From Candidatus Aenigmatarchaeota archaeon (GTDB lineage: Archaea; Aenigmatarchaeota; Aenigmatarchaeia; CG10238-14; SCSR01), in assembly GCA_018304615.1 (NCBI GenBank), contig JAGVVV010000010.1, positions 26,000 to 89,999 on the forward strand: DNA of 64,000 bases, given 5' to 3'. Under the pieces are notes generated by a model. The model saw nothing but the letters and a program-made list of their open reading frames with translations. It was not told the DNA's origin and made no database searches. Made by a program: the position numbers and the translations under genes. Positions 38,704 to 48,330 of this stretch are shown piece after piece; positions within the stretch are counted from its first letter, which is position 1, and every line of letters starts with the position of its first letter.

Positions 38704-40146
38704 TTATGAGTTATTAACTTTATTAATTATCGAGACATCGTCCTGATAAACTACTGTGCAGGAATAATTTTTGGGGCATGAGGATAAACTATAAATGTCC
38801 TTTTTCCAGCCATATGTGTAAACATTTTTATATTCGCCAAAGAATTTGTCGCTGAAGCTGGCAGATGTCTTCTTTCCTGAGAACATGGAAACCTCAGACC
38901 CCCTTATCGAGACTATCACCGACTGGTCATCAACATTATTTTTAATCCAATCATAGCTAGGGAAGAAATTCCTCTCATTTTTATACCCTGTATACAGTCT
39001 GAATCCTACGAAAGCGAAAAACATCAAAGAAGTCAGGACTAGGAACACAAAAACTAGCTTATATTTCAAAAGCTTGTTCGCTCCTACTGCGAAAAGATAG
39101 CAGAACATGGGAATTGCGAACGTCGTTACTCTAGGAACATATCCAATCCCCCAGTTGCTTGTCAGGAATACAATTGAAAATCCGGCATATGCTAGCAGCC
39201 AAATTATCATTAACTTTCCTTCATTGGTCTTGTTGAAGCCTAAAGCGAAAAACAAGAAGTAAACAGATGACAGGGCTAAATAACCGAGTAAAATCTCGTT
39301 GACATAAGGCAATGAGATTGAAATCCCCTTCTGCTGGATGAAGCTTTCTGATTGGACAGTATCCCAGAATCTCACAAAATATTGCTGTGGATTTGTTCTA
39401 AGCGCATCGATTACAACTTGTGTCGGAGACTTTTCTGTCGGTTCCCCTTTGTTGAAATAGAGAGGATTCCCGGAGTAGGCATAATTTCTAAGATACCATG
39501 GTGAAGCTATCAACAAGCCCATGGCAAGGACCGCGATGAATTTTAAAATTTGTCCTCTTTTTATCGACAGCTTCCACAAGAAGAAAATTCCTAGTATCAC
39601 GAATCCTGTGAACTTCGAAAGCAAAAGCAGTCCCAAAACTCCGGCAAGGAGCAGAGCATATTTGTTTTTTCTGGTCTTTTCCCAGAGAACAAACGCATAT
39701 AGAGAAAGGAAAGTGAAGAACACAGACGTTGCATCAGTCATTATCGTAGTGCTCAATCTGAAATGCAGAGGATAGATGGCAAGAAAGAAAGCAGCCAAAA
39801 GCCCCACCTTTTCATTGGCCATTTTCTTAAAAGTCAGATATGCTAGAGGGAGAGTCATGATCCCGAATATTGCCGAGATGATCTGAAGGATTTGTATATT
39901 TGGAAGAATGCTGTAAAAGAACGCACCCAAGAAATGATACGCAGGAGGATACCAGATGAAAACTCCTATCTGCAAGGTATCATTAACAGGTATCTGGTTA
40001 GTAGCCACGATTTCCTTTGTCAGTAGAGCGTGATTCGTCGAATCTGTCTCCCATCCGTCTATAGGGGTTATAGGGACGTAAGCAAGTCTGAGAATTGCCC
40101 CTATAATGATGATTGCGACAAGAATTTTTTCATTTGTTATTTTCAT
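38704..40146 (-). CDS. GT-C (PMT/ArnT-like) membrane glycosyltransferase
   Basis: Acidic first loop ETD, YPP, LSKFTG, PWYLRNY; many TM segments. Confidence 0.8.
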   Translation of the reverse strand: MKITNEKILVAIIIIGAILRLAYVPITPIDGWETDSTNHALLTKEIVATNQIPVNDTLQIGVFIWYPPAYHFLGAFFYSILPNIQILQIISAIFGIMTLPLAYLTFKKMANEKVGLLAAFFLAIYPLHFRLSTTIMTDATSVFFTFLSLYAFVLWEKTRKNKYALLLAGVLGLLLLSKFTGFVILGIFFLWKLSIKRGQILKFIAVLAMGLLIASPWYLRNYAYSGNPLYFNKGEPTEKSPTQVVIDALRTNPQQYFVRFWDTVQSESFIQQKGISISLPYVNEILLGYLALSSVYFLFFALGFNKTNEGKLMIIWLLAYAGFSIVFLTSNWGIGYVPRVTTFAIPMFCYLFAVGANKLLKYKLVFVFLVLTSLMFFAFVGFRLYTGYKNERNFFPSYDWIKNNVDDQSVIVSIRGSEVSMFSGKKTSASFSDKFFGEYKNVYTYGWKKDIYSLSSCPKNYSCTVVYQDDVSIINKVNNS

Positions 40147-40176
40147 TTATAAACAAAATAGTCAATCAATTATAAA

Positions 40177-41799
40177 TTAGAAAACAATCTTGTAAATGGC
40201 AGCCCCGTCACATCCTCCTGACCTTATACAAGTGTTCCAATCGTCGCCACTCTCATAGATTTTTACAAAATTTTTAGGGTTGTTCTCCAAAATTTGTATG
40301 AAATTCACATTGTAACTCTCGGAGAGATATTGATCGCTCAAGCTGAACTTCTGGACAAAAATAAAATCTATTCCATTCACTCTTGCTGTATCCAGAATAT
40401 GGCCAACATCCGAACTCACAGATACGTCTGCCATATTTCCAACAGTGTTCCTCTGGCAGTTGAATGTTGTGTGGTGCACCCACACTGTTATTATCGTCGA
40501 ATTTACTGGAACCTGATTAGGATTGCTCTTCACCCAGTCGCATGCCTGGAAGAATGCTGGAGAGAACTGCTTGACTGTTTTCATGGCACTTATCTTAGCA
40601 TTGAAATTTAGATATGCCATAACAATTACAAAAACGAAAACTATCAATGCCAAATATTTTTGATATTTTTTAATAAAGTCGAAAACTTCGCTGAAATATC
40701 TCCCCGCGATTAATGCAACAATAGGCGCCCATCCGAGCGTGTATCTGGCGGTGTCTTCTATCCTGACAGTTGACTGGTAGAAAACCAACAGGAGCATGAG
40801 CAGACTTACTATAATCACTAAATCGGCCTTCTTCTTCTGATATATCGACAGCAAGAGTCCTGCAAAAAATCCCAGACCTATGAACCATACGTTTCCGTAT
40901 GCAAAATCGAAATAGTTTTGCAGTCCTACCTGAAGCAATCCCTGCTCCGATCCTGTCTGCTGTGTCCTCCCTTCGAACTGCAACGTTTCTTTGAAATTAT
41001 TCATGTGGCAACGATCTGCACCGAAAATTTTATCGACAGGAGACAAGTAGCAGAAAGGATTTTTATAGTACCTATACAACCTCAGAGAGAAAGGACCGAC
41101 TATGAGTAAGGCTATCACAAATATCGGCAGGTATAGCTTCACCAGATACATCAATTTCTTTTTCTCTTTCAGGAGACTGTACAACAACAAGATAACAACC
41201 ATGGGATAGACCACAACACCAGGAGACTTTGTCATGAAGGAAAATGCAGCAAAAACTCCTGACAGGATTGCATATTTCTTGCTTTCTGTTTCAAATGTTA
41301 AGATCAAAGTCAAGACAAAAGCTACGAAGTAAAAGGTAAACATAGTGTCCGTATAGAAAAGGACTGCGTATGTGACCACTGATGGAATAGTCACTGCAAT
41401 TATAGCAGCCATCAATCCCATGTTAGCATTGTAGATCTTTTTCACAAGAACGAAAACCAAAAATCCTGTCAGTATCGTGGCAATGAAAGGAGTTAAGAAC
41501 TTCACAATTCCTGTGTTGAAACCGAACAGATAGTAGAAACTTCCTTCTAGGATGTTCCAAGCTGGAGGCCTCCAGAACCCTTCTCTTATCAACTTAGTTC
41601 CTTCGAATGGAACCCAGACAGGATAATCTGTGGTCTGAGCGAAGTATTGGGCCATCCTCGTGTGGTAGCCCTCATCACCGAAAGCAATAGGGCTGCTTAT
41701 TGAAACCTGGAATTCTAGATAGAAAATTGCTATCAAGAAAGCAGTAAGGACAATCAATTCAGGCCTTTTTATCTCAAGTACAACCTCTTTTTCTGCCAA
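40177..41799 (-). CDS. GT-C (PMT/ArnT-like) membrane glycosyltransferase
   Basis: FGDEGYH, RPP, YTD, TKSPG, RY; TTG start. Confidence 0.82.
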   Translation of the reverse strand: MAEKEVVLEIKRPELIVLTAFLIAIFYLEFQVSISSPIAFGDEGYHTRMAQYFAQTTDYPVWVPFEGTKLIREGFWRPPAWNILEGSFYYLFGFNTGIVKFLTPFIATILTGFLVFVLVKKIYNANMGLMAAIIAVTIPSVVTYAVLFYTDTMFTFYFVAFVLTLILTFETESKKYAILSGVFAAFSFMTKSPGVVVYPMVVILLLYSLLKEKKKLMYLVKLYLPIFVIALLIVGPFSLRLYRYYKNPFCYLSPVDKIFGADRCHMNNFKETLQFEGRTQQTGSEQGLLQVGLQNYFDFAYGNVWFIGLGFFAGLLLSIYQKKKADLVIIVSLLMLLLVFYQSTVRIEDTARYTLGWAPIVALIAGRYFSEVFDFIKKYQKYLALIVFVFVIVMAYLNFNAKISAMKTVKQFSPAFFQACDWVKSNPNQVPVNSTIITVWVHHTTFNCQRNTVGNMADVSVSSDVGHILDTARVNGIDFIFVQKFSLSDQYLSESYNVNFIQILENNPKNFVKIYESGDDWNTCIRSGGCDGAAIYKIVF

Positions 41800-41917
41800 A
41801 CAATCACAGCTCTTATTTTGAGTATGTTCCCAGGTCTTATATATTCCAAACAGGCTGGTTCTCAGTATAAAATAGCTTCTTCAACTGAACCTTTTAAATA
41901 GTTCAACATCATCGATA

Positions 41918-41934
41918 TTATAACACCGTTATAA
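41918..41934. promoter_or_regulatory. Inverted repeat TTATAAC-ACC-GTTATAA in a divergent promoter region
   Basis: Perfect 7-bp arms; nearby TGAAC-cttttaaata-GTTCA (41886-41905) brackets a TATA-like box. Confidence 0.45.
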
Positions 41935-41974
41935 CTTTAAAAACGCGCAAGTCAAAAATAATATAAGTGAAATC

Positions 41975-43483
41975 ATGAAAGTAATGCTCTTGAACCCACC
42001 AGCCCAGGTCAAAGTCTCTAAGGATAGCCGTTGGCCTGAGTATACCAAATCAGGAACTCTATATTATCCTTTCTGGCTGGCTTATGCAACCTCAGTTCTC
42101 ATGGAAGATAAGAGGCATAAACCGCTTCTCCTCGATTCAATAGCAAAAGAGATAGATTTCGAAGAGACGATAAAGATGGCAAAGAAATTCGGTCCTGATT
42201 TGCTTGTTGTAGACACTTCAACTCCTACAATCTACAAAGACGTCGAATTCGTTGAGATGCTGAAAAAAGAGATTCCTGATGTGAAAGTCATGCTAGCGGG
42301 CAGGCATGTGACTGCTCTTCCTACAGAATCCTTGAAAATGTCCCCGGCAATTGACATGGTCGCAAGGCAGGAATTTGATTATACTGTTTTAGATGTGGCT
42401 AACACTCTTGAGAACGGCGGTCATCTCAAAGACGTTACAGGGATTTCATTCAAAGAGAACGGTGAAGTAATTCACAACGCTCCACGGATGCTGGAGCAAA
42501 ACCTAGACAAAATCCCATTTGTTTCCAAAGCTTACAAGGAATTCTTGGATGTCAAAGATTACCGTTATGCCCTTGCAAAATATCCCATGTTACAAATTTG
42601 GAGCAGCAGGGGTTGCCCGGCTCACTGCACTTTCTGCGACTATCCTCAGGTTTTTACCATGCATACCTTCAGGATGAGAAGTCCGAAGAATGTTGTAGAT
42701 GAAATGCAGTGGATACACGAAAATCTTCCAAACGTCAAGGAGATTTTCCTAGAAGATGACACGTTCACAATCAACAGGGAAAGAGTTCTGGAAATCTGCA
42801 AGTTAATCAAAGAAAGAGGACTTGAATTAACCTGGTCATGTAATGCCAGAGCTAATCTTGATTACGAATTATTGAAGGTCATGCACGACGCTGGTGCAAG
42901 GATAATGATTGTCGGTTATGAGAGTGGGAATCAAAACGTCTTGAACAAGATCAAGAAAGGAATTTTGATTTCACAAGCAGGGAAATTCACTCGTGCAGCT
43001 CAAAAGGCAGGGTTGAAAATATTCGGCTGTTTCATGATTGGGCTCCCAGGAGATACTGAAGAAAGCGTGTGGGAAACTTTCCAGCATGCAAGAAGAATGA
43101 ATCCAGACATGGTATTTTTCCAGCAAGCTGTGCCATTCCCAGGAACAGAGTTCTACGCTTGGGCAAAAGCTAACGGATATCTCATCACAGAGGATTACAG
43201 GCAGTGGCTGGATGAAAACGGAAGATTGAGATGTTTGGTCAATTATCCTTGGCTTCCTGCAGAAAAGATAGACCAGCTAAGAGAAACTCTGATGGTGAAA
43301 TACTACTTCAATCCAAAACATATGTTTTATACTTTGATGAGAAATTTACATCCACATGAATTCATCAGAGTAGTGAGGTATGCAAGAGACTATCTGACTT
43401 ACTTGCTGACTAAGAAGTTTTCTGGCGGATCTGTATCTGTGGAAGCGCCAGCACTTCAGGACGTAAAAGGTCAGTTTCTTTAA
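41975..43483 (+). CDS. Cobalamin-binding radical SAM protein (HpnJ/BchE-like)
   Basis: N-terminal B12-binding domain; SSRGCPAHCTFC, EDDTF, GYESGNQ, PFPGT. Confidence 0.9.
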   Translation: MKVMLLNPPAQVKVSKDSRWPEYTKSGTLYYPFWLAYATSVLMEDKRHKPLLLDSIAKEIDFEETIKMAKKFGPDLLVVDTSTPTIYKDVEFVEMLKKEIPDVKVMLAGRHVTALPTESLKMSPAIDMVARQEFDYTVLDVANTLENGGHLKDVTGISFKENGEVIHNAPRMLEQNLDKIPFVSKAYKEFLDVKDYRYALAKYPMLQIWSSRGCPAHCTFCDYPQVFTMHTFRMRSPKNVVDEMQWIHENLPNVKEIFLEDDTFTINRERVLEICKLIKERGLELTWSCNARANLDYELLKVMHDAGARIMIVGYESGNQNVLNKIKKGILISQAGKFTRAAQKAGLKIFGCFMIGLPGDTEESVWETFQHARRMNPDMVFFQQAVPFPGTEFYAWAKANGYLITEDYRQWLDENGRLRCLVNYPWLPAEKIDQLRETLMVKYYFNPKHMFYTLMRNLHPHEFIRVVRYARDYLTYLLTKKFSGGSVSVEAPALQDVKGQFL

Positions 43484-43513
43484 ATTAATTCTCTTACTTT
43501 AATTAGTGGTTTA

Positions 43514-44458
43514 ATGGCATTTCCATCTGTTACCGTTCATGTTACTGTAAAGAATTCTGCAAAGACCATCAAAGCCTGTATAGACTCATTGCTCAAATTG
43601 AATTATCCTAACAAGAAAATAGTAGTCACTGACGCATTCTCCACAGACGGCACATACGAAATTCTAAAAAAATATGGGAACAAAATAACCTTAGAGCAAG
43701 TCAGAGGCGTTGCTCCCCGCGCACATAATCATATTCTTCAAAAAGTCAACACAGAGTTTTATGCGATGACTGATTCTGATTGTGTAGTTGATAGGAATTG
43801 GTTGAAGAATCTCATCTCTGCATTCAAATCAAAACAAGTCGTAGCGGCAGGAGGACTAGTGAAAACTCCCAAGAACGTCAACAGGTTGCAGAGCCTTATC
43901 GGTCGTGAATTAGAGAACAGATACAATCATTTTCCAAAAAATGTCTCCAGATTCCCGACGATGAACATGATTGTCAGGTCTTCAGTAGCAAAGAAAGTAA
44001 AAATGAATGAAAATCTCAGGGTTGCTTTCGAGACAGACTGGGGGTTCAGATTGGAAAAATTCGGCCAGCTTGTTTACATTCCAAATGCAGTAGTTTGGCA
44101 CTACCACAGAGGAAATTTGATTTCATTTTTCAAACAGCAGATGAACTATGCCAGATTTGTTCTACCAGTTTATCGAAAGCATCAGTCGAAGATCAAAGGC
44201 GATTATATTTCAACTACATCAATGCTACTCCAAGAAATTTTATTTTCATTTACATTTCTATTTGCGTTTGCATCAATTTTCTCTAGAAACTTTGAGACAC
44301 CTCTTTTGATCTCTTCGTTCATCTTACTTATTTCTTATCTAGTTTCTGCGTACCCAATTTCTAAAAAACGTGGAGATGTTACTTTGTACGTCCTTCTATT
44401 TCTCATAAGAAACATAGCATGGTCAGTTGGCTTAGCAAGGTCAGTGTTTGAAAGATGA
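43514..44458 (+). CDS. GT2 glycosyltransferase with C-terminal TM segments
   Basis: TDAFSTDGT and TDSDC motifs. Confidence 0.88.
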   Translation: MAFPSVTVHVTVKNSAKTIKACIDSLLKLNYPNKKIVVTDAFSTDGTYEILKKYGNKITLEQVRGVAPRAHNHILQKVNTEFYAMTDSDCVVDRNWLKNLISAFKSKQVVAAGGLVKTPKNVNRLQSLIGRELENRYNHFPKNVSRFPTMNMIVRSSVAKKVKMNENLRVAFETDWGFRLEKFGQLVYIPNAVVWHYHRGNLISFFKQQMNYARFVLPVYRKHQSKIKGDYISTTSMLLQEILFSFTFLFAFASIFSRNFETPLLISSFILLISYLVSAYPISKKRGDVTLYVLLFLIRNIAWSVGLARSVFER

Positions 44459-45513
44459 AAAAATTAAAAATTCTTCTAGTTCAAGAATTCTTTCCTCCTG
44501 ATGTAATCGGTGGTGGAGAGAGGCTTTTCCTTAAACTCGCCACACTTTTGAAAGAACAGGGTCACGAAGTAAAAGTTTTATGTACCGGAAATCCTTCTGA
44601 AAAATCTTATGCAGGGATAAAAACAATAAGGATTCCTTTGAACAGATACCTGATGAATTTGTTTTTTCCTTTGATAGTCTGGCACGCTTCTGACGTTGAC
44701 TTGATACAAACTGCTAGTGGCAACATGACATTCCCTTCTTGGATGGCAGGAAAAATTTTGCGAAAGCCTGTTGTCTGCTATATCCATCATATAGCTGGGA
44801 AGAACTGGAAATACATTCGGGGCCCTCTTCTCGGACCAATCTTTAAGTTCATGGAAAAATTATTTTTAGCCAGAAGCTACGATGCTATAATATTCCAGAA
44901 CAAACATTCAGAATCCATTGGAAGATCTATTGGAATCGAAACTTCTAGAATGAGAATGGTAACACCCGGAATAGATTATAAAGAATTTGATTCTAACACA
45001 AAAAAAGAAAATTTCGTACTTTTCGTCGGCAGTTTAATGATGAACAAGTCTCTTGCCAATGTCAAAGGCCTCAACTATCTTCTCGATGCCGCAAAGAAAT
45101 TACAAAAAATAAAATTTGTGATTGTCGGTGGTGGCGAATACTTGGAAGAACTCAAACAGAAATCCCCAAATAATGTAGAATTCACAGGACCTCTTATAGG
45201 CAAACCTCTCAGAAATCTTTTCAAAAAAGCCTCCATCTTCTGCCTACCTTCACTTGCAGAGGGATTCGGTTTGACAATCCTTGAAGCAATGGCATCAGGT
45301 TGCGCCATAGTTTCTACTATAGACGTTGGTCAGAAAGGATATCTGATTAAACCAGAGGATACAGAAGAAATCGTCAGAGGGATCAATTACTATTTCAATA
45401 ATCCAAAAATAGCATCATCTCACGGAAAAAAAAACAAAGAACTGGCAAAAAGTTTTACATGGCATAGATTTATTAATAGCTTCAGTCGAATTTATGAAGT
45501 ATTAACTAAATAG
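44455..45513 (+). CDS. GT4 glycosyltransferase
   Basis: GGGE, KGL, EGFGLTILEAMASG. Confidence 0.92.
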   Translation: MKKLKILLVQEFFPPDVIGGGERLFLKLATLLKEQGHEVKVLCTGNPSEKSYAGIKTIRIPLNRYLMNLFFPLIVWHASDVDLIQTASGNMTFPSWMAGKILRKPVVCYIHHIAGKNWKYIRGPLLGPIFKFMEKLFLARSYDAIIFQNKHSESIGRSIGIETSRMRMVTPGIDYKEFDSNTKKENFVLFVGSLMMNKSLANVKGLNYLLDAAKKLQKIKFVIVGGGEYLEELKQKSPNNVEFTGPLIGKPLRNLFKKASIFCLPSLAEGFGLTILEAMASGCAIVSTIDVGQKGYLIKPEDTEEIVRGINYYFNNPKIASSHGKKNKELAKSFTWHRFINSFSRIYEVLTK

Positions 45514-45529
45514 TAAAGCGAGTGTTTCG

Positions 45530-47581
45530 ATGAATTTGCGTCTAACAAATCAGAAATCCAATCTTTTGGTTCTGTTGTTCTTTCTTGGAATAATTGGCCT
45601 AGCAGTTTATGTTAGATGGAGTACTATCGATGCTAAAACAATCCTTGACTATGACCCTTGGTGGTATTACAGGCATGCGCAGGAGATAATGGACAATGGG
45701 CTTGTTCCTCCAAAGTGGGACATTCTCTCATATTATCCGCCAGGAAGACCATTCGACAAGCAGCTTGGCTGGGAATACATAATCATTCTCTTCTACAAGA
45801 TTGCGAGCATCATCAAGCCAGAAATTACATTCTTCGAACTTTCGAAGTTGGCTCCATTAATTATCGTTTCTCTAGGAACTATTCCAGCCTTCTTAATAGG
45901 GAAAATATTATCTAACAAGTGGGGTGGTTTGATAACTGCACTGTTCGCAGTTCTTGCCCCCACGTTCATCGGAGTTTCACTTGCCGGATATCTGGACAAC
46001 GATCCTGTAGTCATGTTCTACATGTATTCTTCGGTTCTTTCAATGATCCTTGCCATATCCAAAAAATCTGAAAAATTATTTTCAATGAAATCAATGATTT
46101 ACATCCTCTTCGCCATTCTTGTCAATTCACTCTTTGTTTTCACCTGGGGTGGTGGGTGGCTAGTCTTACTCCTTTTCACTGCGTTCATCCCTACGCTTTT
46201 CATCTTCAGAATAATCGAAAGTATGATTCACTCAAGAAGTTTGAAAATAAGTCTTCCCATTAAAGAAATCAAACATTATATAATTCTGATTGCGATTATC
46301 ATCGCTGCTGTTAACGCCTTCGCCTTTCTGAGTGGTTTGGACAACATGTTAAAATCGGTCTCAGTACTTTTGGGATTCGTCAACCCTGGGCAAGGTCTTT
46401 TAGTGAATATCTCGGTTGCTGAACTCCAGCCAATCAACATCTTCTCGAGCGATGGATTCTCATCTGTCGCAGGCAGAGTTGGAATAGGTTCGTTCTTCCT
46501 TGCCATAATAGGCCTTCCTATTCTAGTCTTGTACAAACTCTGGAGGAAGACCCCAATAAACTTTTTCGAAGTCTTCATGTTCCTCTGGATATTTGCAACT
46601 TTCTACATGATCCTCCATGGTGTCAGATTTGCACTACTTTTCGTAACAGCCTCTGCTGTAGCTTCCGGATATGTCATCGGTAATGCCGCTCAACTTTTCA
46701 AAAGAGATGTCATAGGGGTGAGCTTCTTCGGTATAATCTTGGTTTTGGTTCTCATGTTTATTTCAGATGCAATGGTTATCGGCGCCCAATCTGGAGGCGG
46801 TTTCGAAATCAGCCAGAATTGGGTGGATGCCTTGACATGGCTGAAACAGAATGCAGACAAGAATGCACTGATTTCGACATGGTGGGACCCAGGGCATATA
46901 ATCACTGGCTTTACTGGATTGAAGGTTCATGCTGACGGTGCTCACTGCGGTCCTGATGAATGTTTCCCATATAACCACAATGTCAGAATTCAAGACATGG
47001 GTAGAATCTTCTCTACTTCAAGTGAAAACGAGTCAGTTTCTATTTTGAAAAAGTATACTTTCTTGACAACACAGCAATGCCAAGAAGTCAAGAACATGTT
47101 CGGTTCTGCGGTTCCGTCAAATGCATGCAATCCTGTAACTGAAGAATATCTCATCGCAAGCAACGATTTGATTGGAAAGTACCATTGGATGAGCTTCTTC
47201 GGTGGAGGCACTGCTCAAGACTACATCCAGCTTCCTCTTAACAATGTAGATCAGCAGAACGGAATCTTATCATATTTGAACGGAGAGATAACTCTCGTGA
47301 GAAGGAACGACACGTGGGTTCCAGTTTACAACAACAAGCTCATAATCAAGGAGGTAGTCTACTTCGACAACAACCAAATGAAATATGAAAAAAGCAATTC
47401 GACTGATGCGATAGATGGATTGGTTTGGGTGCAGCCAGACTATAGATCTATAATTTTCATGCAGCCCGAGGTCAGAAACTCAATCTTCACAAAACTCTAT
47501 TTCTTCAATGGCCAAGGGCTCAGCCACTTCAAACTTGTTTATGCCAATGATGAGTTGAAGATATTCAAAGTTATTTTCTAG
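45530..47581 (+). CDS. aglB: Oligosaccharyltransferase AglB/STT3
   Basis: DYDPWW, DND, SVAELQP, WWDPG, DLIGK (DK motif). Confidence 0.93.
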   Translation: MNLRLTNQKSNLLVLLFFLGIIGLAVYVRWSTIDAKTILDYDPWWYYRHAQEIMDNGLVPPKWDILSYYPPGRPFDKQLGWEYIIILFYKIASIIKPEITFFELSKLAPLIIVSLGTIPAFLIGKILSNKWGGLITALFAVLAPTFIGVSLAGYLDNDPVVMFYMYSSVLSMILAISKKSEKLFSMKSMIYILFAILVNSLFVFTWGGGWLVLLLFTAFIPTLFIFRIIESMIHSRSLKISLPIKEIKHYIILIAIIIAAVNAFAFLSGLDNMLKSVSVLLGFVNPGQGLLVNISVAELQPINIFSSDGFSSVAGRVGIGSFFLAIIGLPILVLYKLWRKTPINFFEVFMFLWIFATFYMILHGVRFALLFVTASAVASGYVIGNAAQLFKRDVIGVSFFGIILVLVLMFISDAMVIGAQSGGGFEISQNWVDALTWLKQNADKNALISTWWDPGHIITGFTGLKVHADGAHCGPDECFPYNHNVRIQDMGRIFSTSSENESVSILKKYTFLTTQQCQEVKNMFGSAVPSNACNPVTEEYLIASNDLIGKYHWMSFFGGGTAQDYIQLPLNNVDQQNGILSYLNGEITLVRRNDTWVPVYNNKLIIKEVVYFDNNQMKYEKSNSTDAIDGLVWVQPDYRSIIFMQPEVRNSIFTKLYFFNGQGLSHFKLVYANDELKIFKVIF

Positions 47582-47620
47582 GTTCAAGTTTATATCCGAA
47601 ACATTCAAAATAAAAACTAG

Positions 47621-47839
47621 GTGGGAACCATAGGACTTCCAAGAGCAGCGTTTGAAAGAATTCTGAAGAAGGCAGGAGCGAAGAGAGTGTCACATGAAGC
47701 GATGGAAGAATTCGCCAGAGTGATGGAAGACAAGATGCTCAGGATTGCGATGGAAGCCGGCATGCTGGCCAAACACGCTGGAAGGAAAACCATAATTGAT
47801 GAAGATGTCCGTCAAGCAAGAAGGAAACTAGGATTTTAG
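47621..47839 (+). CDS. Archaeal histone (HMf-like)
   Basis: LPRAAFERILKKAGAKRVS...AKHAGRKTIIDEDV. Confidence 0.95.
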   Translation: MGTIGLPRAAFERILKKAGAKRVSHEAMEEFARVMEDKMLRIAMEAGMLAKHAGRKTIIDEDVRQARRKLGF

Positions 47840-47863
47840 TTTAAAATATTAGAAGTTGAAGAA

Positions 47864-48247
47864 ATGAAAACAAAAATAGAAACTCCAAATGCTCCTAAAG
47901 CTACTGGTCCATTTTCACAAGGAATAATAAGTGGAGGTATGATATTTACTTCAGGACAAGTGTATCTTACCGCGAATGGAAAACTTCTCGAAGGTTCGAT
48001 TGAAGAACAGACTCATCAAGTAATGAAAAATTTAAAAGCTATCCTTGAATCTGGCGGTGTTACCTTTAATGACGTTGTTAAGACTACCATCTACGTCACC
48101 GATATGTCTTTGTATGGGAAAATTAACGAGATTTATGGAAGCTATTTTTCCGAACCATTTCCTGCTCGTGAAACAGTATGTGTAAAAGAACTTCCATTAG
48201 GGACTAAACTTGAAATAAGTATGGTCGCTATCAAGTCTAAGATTTAA
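47864..48247 (+). CDS. ridA: RidA/YjgF-family imine deaminase
   Basis: GPFSQG, SGQ, NEIY, PARE, LEI. Confidence 0.9.
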   Translation: MKTKIETPNAPKATGPFSQGIISGGMIFTSGQVYLTANGKLLEGSIEEQTHQVMKNLKAILESGGVTFNDVVKTTIYVTDMSLYGKINEIYGSYFSEPFPARETVCVKELPLGTKLEISMVAIKSKI

Positions 48248-48330
48248 TTAGTAAATATTCAAAAGGGACTATTTCACCAAAACTGGTTATCTCTATATAT
48301 TTCTAAATTCTCTATAATAGTTCGGTAATC

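Noticed and set aside
41912..41940. Possible XerA dif site (TATAA-spacer-TTATA)
   Set aside because: The spacer is 5 bp rather than 6 and the outer arms do not match; kept only as an operator-like repeat
45426..45434. A9 homopolymer in a GT4 gene as a phase-variation tract
   Set aside because: In frame, near the 3' end, and A8-A9 runs are common in this Lys-rich, AT-rich sequence
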